A DNA stretch of 64,000 nucleotides, from the NCBI GenBank assembly GCA_965644295.1, contig CBFFRP010000297.1, positions 248,001-312,000 on the forward strand, read 5' to 3'. Made by a program: the position numbers and the translations under genes. Of this stretch, positions 10,024-21,735 are shown in pieces. Source of the stretch: Paraphysomonas bandaiensis (lineage: Eukaryota; Protista; Chrysophyceae). The notes beneath the pieces are model-generated. The model worked only from the letters and a program-made list of their open reading frames with translations. It had not been told where the DNA came from and made no database searches. Position 1 is the first letter of the stretch, and each line of letters begins with the position of its first letter.

Positions 10024-12049
10024 GTAAGGATTTGCGATCAATTCTGTTTAAACTATCTGAAGAAGAGCTCGATCAGTTGGGATATAATCCATGTGATATC
10101 GGTAGTCACAGTTGCCGGAAAAGGGGCTACAGCTACTGTCATGGTTAAGTGAATGGTCCCAGTCCAGTTAGAATAGACCATTCCTTAGGGAATCTTAAAG
10201 ATCGATATATATTTTGCAGGAGATGAAGCAGATCATTTATGTGGTCGAATGATATGTGGATTGGATTACTCTTCGCCAGAATTCGGAATACTTCCACCTC
10301 AACTTCGTGATGAATATTCAGAACTGTTATTGGAGGCATTCTAGTGCTCTATGACGACGGACTATAACAGTTATCCTGATAGTATGTAGACCGTATTTCC
10401 TTTCTATTGGCGCCTTCATTACATCAGGAGGACTACCTACGTGTATGTGTATATATGTGAGAGGGTCTGTAGCTCTATGAGCAGTCACCATGACATACAT
10501 CTATGAACACGCATCACTTCAGCGGAGGGATTAAAGAGAACATGACGATAAAGTAGATAATTATCGGGCTTCTGGTGTCGACATCATCTCATATCATGCC
10601 ACTGCTGATAGTTTAATGGAACATATGAAGAGATGCGTGTGATATAAGATCCTATACAACCGTATACCAGATACTGTATACCCCAAAATACAAAATACAC
10701 ATAAACTGATTCATAGCAGAATACGTAGTGTGTACTGTATTTTACGTATTTTTATTATACTGATATAATCAACAAGAAGATACGTCAATACGACTTCATT
10801 ACAAGGTTCTAGATAACCAGCGTATACTGCTGTATATGTTATGAGACTACTGCTGATAGTTTAATGGAACATATGAAGAGATGCGTGTGATATAAGATCC
10901 TATACAACCGTATACCAGATACTGTATACCCCAAAATACAAAAAAACGCGTACTTAGGTAGATTCGGATGGGGACCGGGTGGGTACCTAACTAATACTTG
11001 ATTTAAGTCCCATTCGTTATTTGCTAGCTACCTACTGAACCCAACTAGCTACATCATTATCACACGGTATTCAGCGCTGAATATGCAGTGAGAACCCGGA
11101 GTGGGGAACTGCTGAACTAAGCAATGTGTACATAGGTACAGGCGAGCAATCGCAGCAGCACTCAGCCGCACCCACTAGAGGGCCTCACGCAGTAATTAGT
11201 TACGCTGTCAATATGGGGCAGTAAGGATTTGCGATCAATTCTGTTTAAACTATCTGAAGAAGAGCTCGATCAGTTGGGATATAATCCATGTGATATCGGT
11301 AGTCACAGTTGCCGGAAAAGGGGCTACAGCTACTGTCATGGTTAAGTGAATGGTCCCAGTCCAGTTAGAATAGACCATTCCTTAGGGAATCTTAAAGATC
11401 GATATATATTTTGCAGGAGATGAAGCAGATCATTTATGTGGTCGAATGATATGTGGATTGGATTACTCTTCGCCAGAATTCGGAATACTTCCACCTCAAC
11501 TTCGTGATGAATATTCAGAACTGTTATTGGAGGCATTCTAGTGCTCTATGACGACGGACTATAACAGTTATCCTGATAGTATGTAGACCGTATTTCCTTT
11601 CTATTGGCGCCTTCATTACATCAGGAGGACTACCTACGTGTATGTGTATATATGTGAGAGGGTCTGTAGCTCTATGAGCAGTCACCATGACATACATCTA
11701 TGAACACGCATCACTTCAGCGGAGGGATTAAAGAGAACATGACGATAAAGTAGATAATTATCGGGCTTCTGGTGTCGACATCATCTCATATCATGCCACT
11801 GCTGATAGTTTAATGGAACATATGAAGAGATGCGTGTGATATAAGATCCTATACAACCGTATACCAGATACTGTATACCCCAAAATACAAAATACACATA
11901 AACTGATTCATAGCAGAATACGTAGTGTGTACTGTATTTTACGTATTTTTATTATACTGATATAATCAACAAGAAGATACGTCAATACGACTTCATTACA
12001 AGGTTCTAGATAACCAGCGTATACTGCTGTATATGTTATGAGACTACTG
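9750..12049. repeat. Tandem segmental duplication (1197-bp period) with templated junction insert
   Basis: 9750-10852 matches 10947-12049 with no difference seen by eye. Junction 10849-10943 is a copy of 10601-10695. Confidence 0.9.
10024..10440 (+). pseudogene. Crypton-type tyrosine recombinase, 3' catalytic part
   Basis: KDLRSILFKLSEEELDQLGYNPCDIGSHSCRK (HxxR), HSLGNLKDRY (catalytic Tyr region) and ADHLCGRMICGL..FGILPP, with stops and a frameshift. A second copy lies at 11221-11637. Confidence 0.8.
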
Positions 12050-12336
12050 TATGAGGTTGTGTGCGTTTTAGTTTCAGAAGCCCTCCTTATATAACAAGTC
12101 TTATATAAGGATATGTACGTATAATTCCTACGTAGGATGTGCACACGCATTATAATTGTTCTGCTGTGTATAGGTACAGTATACCGCAGTGTATATATAG
12201 AAGAACAATCGTCAACCTGTACAATAATTTGGCCATTATTAAATAACCGACACACCACCCTCCTAACATCACAGAAACTAAGTATCTACCCCTTATCATT
12301 CACCAGTTATAATTGGTATATTACCAGTAATATCTG

Positions 12337-15300
12337 ATGGCGTCAGATGCAAAGATATCCCCTCAAGTATCCTCATCTAAACCTCATACACCATCCCCAT
12401 TACAGAGACGATTATCGTTTGCTAAAGGATCAAAAAGTTTTGATTCATCTTCATTTGCACATTTAATTGAAAAAACTGCTAATAATGATCCGGAAAAGAC
12501 ACCTGTTATGGAAGTTATTCGACTTCGAGTTAAGAAGTGGCTGGCTGCTTCATTTTTTGGAAGGGTTTATGTGTATATTCTCCTTATATTAAGTGTTCTA
12601 TCTTGTGCCCAATATATATATCAGACTTATCTCAATGAAAACAACCCACAAGATAAAGTATGTATGGTGAGATTAGTAAATATGTTGTTAATTATCTGGG
12701 ATACAGGAATTGCTTAATATTTTTGCATTGTTGGAGCTTTTTCTTGCTGGTCTCTTTGCTTTTGATTGGTGCTTACACCTCTTTCTTGCTGATCATAGAT
12801 GGGACCACTTCTTCAGGTATTAAATACTTCATTTTTATATTTAAAATATATTTTATGTGATTTCGATATGTCTATCTCAGTTTTTTTGCTATGGTCGACT
12901 TCACAACTGTGATCCCCATTTGGCTCACTTATTACGTTTTCACAAACCCTGTGGAGTATCACGACATCCATAACGTTGATGATGCGATTAACTACGTATT
13001 GCGTGGTGCATACACACTGCGTATCCTTCGAGCACTGCGAGTGCATCGACTTCTGGTCCACATAGAAGATGAGGTTGAACGGTTTCTCAGTCAGATGCTC
13101 CTCTCTGTCGTGACTATGATATTATTCGGTGAGTATTCGGGCATATCTGTGGTATGCATGTCTCACCACTGCACAGATTCAGCAATCATGCAGTATCTTG
13201 AGAAACAGCAAAACGACGAGAAGTTCCACACTTGGATGTATTTTCTAGTTGTATCGATATCTACTGTGGGATACGGTCAGTTATGAGTCGTCGTTATGTT
13301 CAGTGGTAATATTCCTTCAGGTGATATTTCTCCAGGCAGCACTCTTGGGCGTTTCATGGCTATGTTCTTCATATGTTTCGCTATTATATTCGTTCCCAAA
13401 CAGACTAATGAGCTCATTGAGAAGATGAACCAGTCATCAGTATGGGCCCGACATCACTACAAACCGCGGGGTAACACGAAGCACGTGCTGATATGTGGTG
13501 ATCTGAGGTCTACTTCATTGCTGGAATTTTTTAGCGAACTCTTCCACGAAGACCATGAAAATATGAACCTTAATGCTGTTATACTACAACCAGAGCCACC
13601 TAGCAATGATATGCACGCTGTGTTACGTGATCCCATTTTCTCCATTGTGACCCACTACTTGGAGGGAAGTCCGCTCAATGATTCCGACCTTATGCGCGCT
13701 AAAGCTAACCAGGCAATCGCAATATTTTTGATGGGTAACAAGTTTAGCTCGAACCCCGACGAGGAGGATGCCAAAACGATATTACAACAGTTCAGCATTC
13801 GGCGCTTCATCACTTCTACACAATCCTGTGATCCCCTTTTTTGCTTACAGCTCATTCGCCCTGAAAACCGGCGGCATTTGGCGACCGAGGATCCCGACAG
13901 CGACAAGGAACTAGTGGTGTGTTTGAACGAGATGAAGATGGGTGTTATTGCGAAAACCTGTATGTTTCCAGGGACTGGTACTATGATCTTTAATTTGCTC
14001 ACATCCTTCGCTGAGGACGACGACGATGATGATGACCCAGGAGATGCGGATGGTCCTGGTAGCGATGAGGACTGCAGTGAGGATGATATGGATGATGGTG
14101 GATCATGGATGCAGGAATATCAACGCGGATGTGACTGGGAGATCTACACCACGGAAATGGCAGAGGTGTTTGAGGGTGCTCGTTTCTGTGTTCTTTCCCA
14201 AAACCTTTATAGTAAATTGGGCGTGGTGCTCTTCGCATTGAGGATTCGAGAACTCAAGGGCAAAGGACATGTGCGAGTACTGCTGAACCCTGCTGATTAC
14301 GTAATCCCCTCAAAGGACAAATACTTTGTGGAGGGCTTCGTGATAGCGAAGAACAAAGCTTCATCCGACCTCTCCTTTCAAGGTATCGCAAGCTCAGACA
14401 TACGATCCTCTCAACTTTCTCTGATTGCTAATGCCATCACAAAGACTGCTGAGGCTGGAACTAGTGCATTTAGGCGACAATCCATGGCAGTTGGCATGGG
14501 AGCAAGGGGCAGTAAACATATGGAGTCGTCCGGCGGGGCCGTCAAACACAGTAACGCTGGATGGCAAACTATCATGAGTCAATACGAAAATCAGGATGTA
14601 AACCAAAATCAACAGGAGGCCCTCCAGAAGATTGAGGATGACAACCTGCGAAGAAACTACTTCGTGCGAGATGTTCCAAGTGAACTATCGGAGTCTATAG
14701 TGAAGACATCTGTTCTCGAGGAGTACCCTTACATGAGCGGACACATGATTGTTATTGCCAAGGGCCTGAGTAATCTCTACGACTTCATTCGTCCTCTAAG
14801 AGCTAAATACCTCGGCAGACTCCGGCACATTGTGCTACTCTATCCCTTCGATATCCCACAGAGCATATGGAGACGTATTTCTATATTCGAGGGCATTCTT
14901 GTAGTGCGGGGGTCCCCACTAGAGGAGTCTGATATCCGTCGTGCAGGAATATTCCGTGCTCAGCAGGTAGTAGTCCTTGCAGATCCCAACTCAGACAACG
15001 GTAGCCAGGGCATGGACGCTCTGGTTGACGCGGATGCTATTTTTACCTACCATTGCGTGCGCCGTCTAAATGAAAAGGCCCAGATTATGATTGAGATTGT
15101 GCGTCACCAAAATGTGGGATATCTCGACCCTTCCATGAGCGTCAACACGCACGATGCTGACTACAAGTTCACCCCACAATTCGCGGCGGGAACACTTTTT
15201 ACGTCCAGTATGCTGGACTCTATTGTCTGTCAGGCCTTTTACAATCCGCAGATTATTCGAGTTCTCGACAAGCTCATTAGTGGCACAGACTGTGTGGACA

Positions 15301-16036
15301 ACTTACAGAACAAGAATCCATTGCTCGCCAACAAGAGACCTAAAGTTGGCATCCAGGCTGTGGCCGGAAGTGCGCTGTATCAGATCCCTATACCTGACAA
15401 CCTTGAGAGCAAGACATACGGTGCTCTTTTTAAACATTTATGCAAAGACGGCATACTACCTTTAGGACTACTTAGAGGAGTCTTTGCCAACATGTCTATG
15501 GGTGCTAAAGCAAACAAGATGAGCTATGTCTTTACAAACCCGCCAAAAGACACAGAACTTTTCACTTGCGACAGAGTATTTGTGCTCTCTCAGAAAGTGT
15601 TGACATCCTCGAAGAGCACAACAAGGGTAAGCTTATCGTGTGTGATTACAAAGTTTCTTACCTGTTGTTCATGTAGGAGGTGCTAGAGAGTTTTATGCAA
15701 GCCACGGCCGGTCCTGTGCAGGGAGGTCGCAGGCGCACCATGGACGACGGAAACAGTTTGGACGGACTTAAAGAAGAATTTCAAGATATATCTAATGCTC
15801 AGAGGACTCTAGAGCGTGCAATGTCGTCACTGACACTAGATATGAGCAAAAAGTTTGACGATGTGTTGGAATTAGTGAAATCAATCAAACAGGGTAATGG
15901 TGGTGGGGACGGAGCTGTTATTTCCCGTTCCAATTCGAGAAGACGCATGTCACAGTTAGGCTCAGATAAATCCACAAACCAAGGGACACCTGGAAGGACG
16001 CTTATGAAAAGCAGAACGGGTCCCGTGGACATATAA
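12337..16036 (+). CDS. Slo/BK-family (KCNMA1-like) potassium channel with two RCK domains, 6 exons
   Basis: S4 LRILRALR. Pore STVGYGD split by intron 13276-13320. RCK1 KHVLICG..YLEGSPL and RCK2 GHMIV..VVRGSPL..FAAG..QAFYNP. Other introns 12658-12706, 12817-12880, 13129-13176, 15627-15676. Confidence 0.93.
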
Positions 16037-17318
16037 TATTTTATGAACTGTATGTAGAACTGATATATGACGCAAGTCTGTGTCAGTTTCTTTTCATCAA
16101 TATCCGTGAATTTTGTCTATATTAATTGACGAAAGTGCTCGTTAATTGTTTTTGCTCACTACTTACGAAGTCTTATGTGATAGTTTTATTTATTCCTTTA
16201 ACGTAATGTTTCTCAACAACTGGTAACTGTGCGTTTAAATTATGCTGGCAATGAGCCTGTCGGGTACTCTCAATATTTTTGCGGCATTCTGAACCTTTGC
16301 GAAGTTTGTATGCTACGCAGGATCTTCGAAACTAAATACTACCCAACAGTTTAAACTGGTATACTCTAAAGGGTAAACATACATATACGAAGTATATACA
16401 GTAGCATGGTGTATCGTGTATCATATAAATATAGCATATTGGTTAGAAAAAAGCACCAATAATGTTGTAAAATAAATGGCTTACAATATATTGTAATGCT
16501 ATATATCGGAGTATATAGTAGCTACTACATATGAGTTCTTGGATTTGTGACTGCATTGATGCTTGTTGAGTTCTTCAATATGATGTGTGATGTGATATTA
16601 TATTGTGCAAATGAAGTGAGTTAATAGTGTGCAATAGGCAAAGTCAACTCATAGGTGTAACGGGTGATTATAGTTACAAAGGAATTAAATTCAGTTACTG
16701 ATGTGTGACTATATATAAGATGTAACTGTGACAGGTGAACATATGATAAACAGATGTTGCTGAGAACAGATGTTTTACCAGATGTTACACGAATATGTAG
16801 TGAAGTGATCAGATTATATTATAATTTCTTACTTGAGAGAGCATAGTGTTCAACAAAGCAAGTGCGCATATTAATTACTGCGCATAATTGAACTAGTTAT
16901 GCGCGGTACAAACTACATATTATAGCTATAGTTTAAGGTTTAAACTTACTCTACAGGACCATGAAGATGATGTTGTGCGGAAGTGTGTTCATATATACTA
17001 TAACTGAGAGAAGTACTCGGGGTAATAATGAACAGCATGACTACTGCATACTAGCGGCAAGCTACTTGAGACATTAAAGATTAGTGTAATATATATATTA
17101 TTATGTCAAGGTTGTATATATTTTCTATAATATAAAGTAGTAGATAAGATTTGTATCGTGATCATCGGTATAATTAAATGATGATGAAGTTGTCTCTGTT
17201 TTATGGTATCGCAATCACGAATATGATATTTTAAGAATGACGTGAAATAGCGACTCGTAATAGCTAAACTACATGTATTCATTTACAATACCTACACCAT
17301 AAATCATATATTAACAAA

Positions 17319-18889
17319 TTAGTCAAGTCTACTCTTGCGCACGATATCTAGAGTCATAAAATCCCATGCAGCAATAACTCCACCGTCGTGACTTAGCCCG
17401 GAACTCTCTCTAGCTAATTGTTCAATGTGTGTCATTGTACGAACAGATTCCGCTGAATCATCTCCGGGATATCGTTGAGAAAAATGAGTTAAAATTAACT
17501 GTTTCGCACCTGTTCGATATTAGCCTGTGCATAAATTCCGAGGATGTTATCCTTACCTATTTCCTTCGCAAACTGCCCAGCCATCTGAGGGGTAGAGTGC
17601 CCGCGCTCACGTGTATTGAATTCCAAGAGCCGAGGACTGCGTTTTATTAATTAAAATTACGAAAGTAACACGGCAGTTGGAAACCTGTCTGGTGATCCTT
17701 CAATCCAGGCATTGGTCGCTTCATGCACAAGAACATCTGCTCCCAGCGCAGCTCCAGTTATGAGTTTACCGCAGGAGTTGTCTCCCATAATGACAACTTT
17801 CCTACTCCGATACCGCTTGCACAGGATGTCTTCTGCCATTACCTGACTGCCGTCAGGAAAGGTATACGATTCACCGGGGGACAGCTTCTTTAAAACCGAG
17901 AACACTCTTTCCGGTACACCAAATCGATCGACAAGAGCTGATCTATTGCGGGCAAAGATATCAGTCAAGGATTCCATCTGCAAATAGTGTCACTGGCATC
18001 TAGCATTATACATAACCCCACCTTCAAATTGGGTGCAGGCTCGTCCTCTGTAACGACATAACCTGTAATGGAGATTAGAAAGAGGATGGCAACAGATGGC
18101 CAACACACCAACGCAAGGGACGGTGTGTTTCATGGGGGCTGCCACAACTTGCAGTCCATCATCATTGCAAATCCTGTACATTCCATCTGCACTTTGTTCG
18201 ATGTCACGACCACCTGTAAGTTCCCCAAATCGTGAGTCTCTGAAAGTAGTCACTTTAGGGCGATATTCCGACGGTAAGCCTTTCAATTCATGAACACGAT
18301 ACGGTACTACAGTCCTACTATACGACAGTTGTATCACCACTCTAAGATAGTCTCTTAGCCCTAAACACAGACCAAATGAGGACCACAACAGACCCATGGC
18401 AATAAATTACCCTCCGGGCCGTATATATCAAGAGAACTAACCCCATTCGAGTTATATTCTACTTGAGCTGATCCCATTGTACACAATACTGCAGCTAGCC
18501 CAAATATATGATCTCCGTGCATATGAGTAATAAATATTTTATTAATTTTTGAAAATCGTACTCTTGAAGCTTGAAGTTGGCGCTAATAGATATAAAATTC
18601 AACATATAGTGCATAAAACTTCAAGTAAAAGACGTACCTGAGAGGCTTCTCCACAATCAAACAACCAGTTAATAGTTTTATATCTCAAATTCATACATGT
18701 AACACCTCTTGTTGTTGTTGGTATACATGATCCTGTACCCAGAAAGGTAATACTCATATCACTCTCATGAGATGTTAAATCTCGTCTGTTTGGAGATAAA
18801 CAGTCTCTTCTTTGGTCTCCTGGTATGAAAGGGACCGTGCCAAAGGGTCGTGAGGCATATCTTACTGATAGAATATATGTTCGTATCAT
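17319..18889 (-). CDS. rnz: Ribonuclease Z (short form, metallo-beta-lactamase fold), multi-exon, probable organellar presequence
   Basis: [23 protein letters not shown] (HxHxDH), [40 protein letters not shown]. Confidence 0.9.
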
Positions 18890-19385
18890 TTATTCATATA
18901 AACTTAGAAAACATTCTATGTTTATACACTATATATGGAACAAGTACTGTGCACTTCTACATATGCATAGTGTCATGCACCATTAAATATATGTACATAT
19001 TCCACTGCTGCTGTACATATCAGTCCACGCACATACATACGGTATAGAGCTGTGTACAGCAGTAAGTGCGTATAGAGGAGCATGTGGAAAGGATGTCGAA
19101 AACTTAAGAAATCCTCTATTTTCAATAAAACCTTAAGAAATAGCCTTTCTGAAACACTATAAAAGTCGAAATAGGTAAAATATTGCTAAAAAGGGGAAAA
19201 AATTATGTAAAAGAGCACAACTACAAATATGTATGTATGATGCTGGGTTGACATGTGCTCATAGATGTATACGCGGTATAGCATACAGCAGAGCGACAGG
19301 TGCATACCATACCTATCAGTGGTCATATTAGCCACACTCTACATAGTATCATATTAATATACAGCAACACACCAGTACATATAAA

Positions 19386-19652
19386 ATGTCTGACGTGAAC
19401 GCTCTCATTATTGACCCCCTCAAGAAGTTCGTCAAGGACTCCATATATCTCGTTAAGAAGTGCACTAAACCTGACAGGAAGGGTATGCGTTACATATATA
19501 TGACTATATATCACTAATACATATATATATATATAGAATTTGCAAAAATTGCAAAGGCGACGGGTATTGGATTTGTTATGATGGGCTTTATCGGGTTCTT
19601 TGTGAAGCTTGTTCATATTCCAATTAATAACATCATTGTCGGTGGAATGTAG
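19386..19652 (+). CDS. SEC61G: Sec61 translocon gamma subunit (2 exons; absent from the ORF track)
   Basis: Exons 19386-19482 and 19537-19652 give [70 protein letters not shown]. Confidence 0.96.
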
Positions 19653-20236
19653 AGAGTTATGGACTGATGTCTTGTTTCAGATAGAGTGTTCATGTTATTA
19701 TAAAAGTAATGGAGCACTTGCTATATATTCCGTGAATCCGCTCACGCTTTTTTTCATTTTTATCACTGTCACTCTTTCACCTTGCGTACATTTAATTGGC
19801 GACAGTTTTGTTGATATATACCGTAACCATGTTGGTGTACGATATCATCGCGTAAAGCCTGAATGGTGTGAATCAGAATCAGTATAGCACACGTCTGATA
19901 TATCATAGCCTCTATCACTGAATGTTTGTAGATAGTCTACGTTCGGAAATGTTAGTCAACCTGGTCTAATTGCTTGGATTACGCGTCATAGATACATATC
20001 TACTTAATACTGTGTATGTATATCGATATAGGCGACGATTCTTTAAGTCAAAACTATGAGGAAGGCTAGTGTCGACAGCCTGGTCGACGTAACTCCATTA
20101 GTATGCAGGACATCTCTTGATCTTCGGTAGATATGAGCAGGCTTGCGTAACAATTAATTTGTTTTCAATTTATAGGCGCACAAGCAGATGGTGGTCCATC
20201 AAATGATAAAGATAGTTCACACCTTCGCCTGAGAGT

Positions 20237-21000
20237 GCTCAATGCAGCATTGACATGGGACAAATCTTTCAGCATTGGGAGAAACCGGGCTAAAACCAAA
20301 CACGGTCTCGACCTGGCCGAAGCCGCATGTTCTGACTGCGGCTTTCGACTAGACTCACTCAAGCACATGCGTCTAGACTGCACAAATGACACCATCACTC
20401 AGATACGGGAGACAGCCTTTCCCAGCCACAAAAACGCGTTTCAAGAGGTGCTGAGAGATCAGGACCTACCCCACTGGACCACCAATGCGCTACAGCGGCT
20501 CTCCAGCAGGGCCTGGAACCCCTCCTTCCGACAGGTGGAGAGATTCTGGGCAGGCACCATCACCACTGCACAACTCCAGGTGGTTTTTGCGGATCACATC
20601 CATGAGTCCCTGACACCTCAAGGTCTGCGCAACCTTGAATCAGCGGTCATCAGACTGCTGCTCCCGCTTTTTGCTGCAGCAAAGCTCATGATCCAAGATC
20701 GAAGTCGACGATATATCACCCTACCTAGGCTACTCCCGCGACCACGTCAAAAACGTAGACAGCAATGGAAACGCCCAAGAGTGCTACGATTACTAGGAGT
20801 CCGCAGACGACCCGAGACTGGACCACCGCCCACGGCACACACGAACCCCACCACTCATACACGCAGGAACATATCACCGGCCCGCATGAAACCTTCAGGC
20901 CCTAGACAACGACGCCGTCTCCGGCAACTCCACCTATGCCTGAGGCCCACACGGTGCACTGCGACAACGCCACATTCCACCACACCACCCACCTCTCAGC
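20237..21000 (+). mobile_element. 3' fragment of a non-LTR retrotransposon (LINE) ORF2
   Basis: GC-rich island in AT-rich DNA. CSDCGFRLDSLKHMRLDC is a CCHC knuckle typical of LINE ORF2 C-termini. No RT in the fragment. Confidence 0.6.
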
Positions 21001-21410
21001 ACACACTTTTGAGCGTGTGTCAAAATTGAGCGTGGTAGGAAGAATCACTGAACAAGCACAGGTGCAACGCTCCGATAAACGATATACCTGCACGCGAAGG
21101 CGAACTCGATGAAGGAAAGATGATGATGAGGAAGACAAGGTTATTCGATTACTTAAAGACAACCGAAAGCGCAAAAAAACATCCATGAAACTGCCAACAC
21201 GATATCGCTGCATGAAGCAATTGTATATTGTATAGCACTACCAATGTTTGTGAGAGATTGTTTAGCACTTAGCAGAGCTGAGATTAGTAGGACTGATTTT
21301 TGCAAACAAATGGCACCTAGACACCTTGAAATATTGATGTTCCTGCGTGAAAAAAGGCATCTTTGGAATGAGATTATAGTTCAGAAAGCTATTCTAAAAT
21401 CTAGCAATTG
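21000..21410 (+). pseudogene. hAT transposase C-terminal relic
   Basis: STTNVCERLFS...MAPRHLEILMFLREKRHLWNEIIVQ resembles the hAT dimerisation domain; frameshifted. Confidence 0.7.
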
Positions 21411-21735
21411 CCTTCTTGATTAATAATTGCAGTTATAAACGACTTTGATCATTGCTATTCTCGTCATTTTATTTCGAAGCGGAAATGTGATGTACGGCAT
21501 ACACAATATATACAATGTCTGCATGTACATTCAGAAACGAATGACTTTGAAAAGAGGCTTATTGATATGCACTATGCACTGACGAGACGAGTTGGAAACA
21601 TACTCGAGGTTGAACTTATTATAAGTGTCAATATCCATAGTACGATGTAATATCCACTAATATGCAGCAGTAGCAAGGTTAATACACAGGACAACACCTA
21701 TTTACATATAAAACACTACAGCTGTATAATAACTT

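Noticed and set aside
10145-11536. Two identical 64-aa minus-strand ORFs
   Set aside because: They are antisense shadows of the duplicated Crypton YR relic.
16656-16788. TGTAAC..GTTACA possible solo LTR
   Set aside because: No target-site duplication and no second copy.
19323-19616. 97-aa minus-strand ORF
   Set aside because: It is the shadow of the spliced Sec61 gamma gene on the plus strand.
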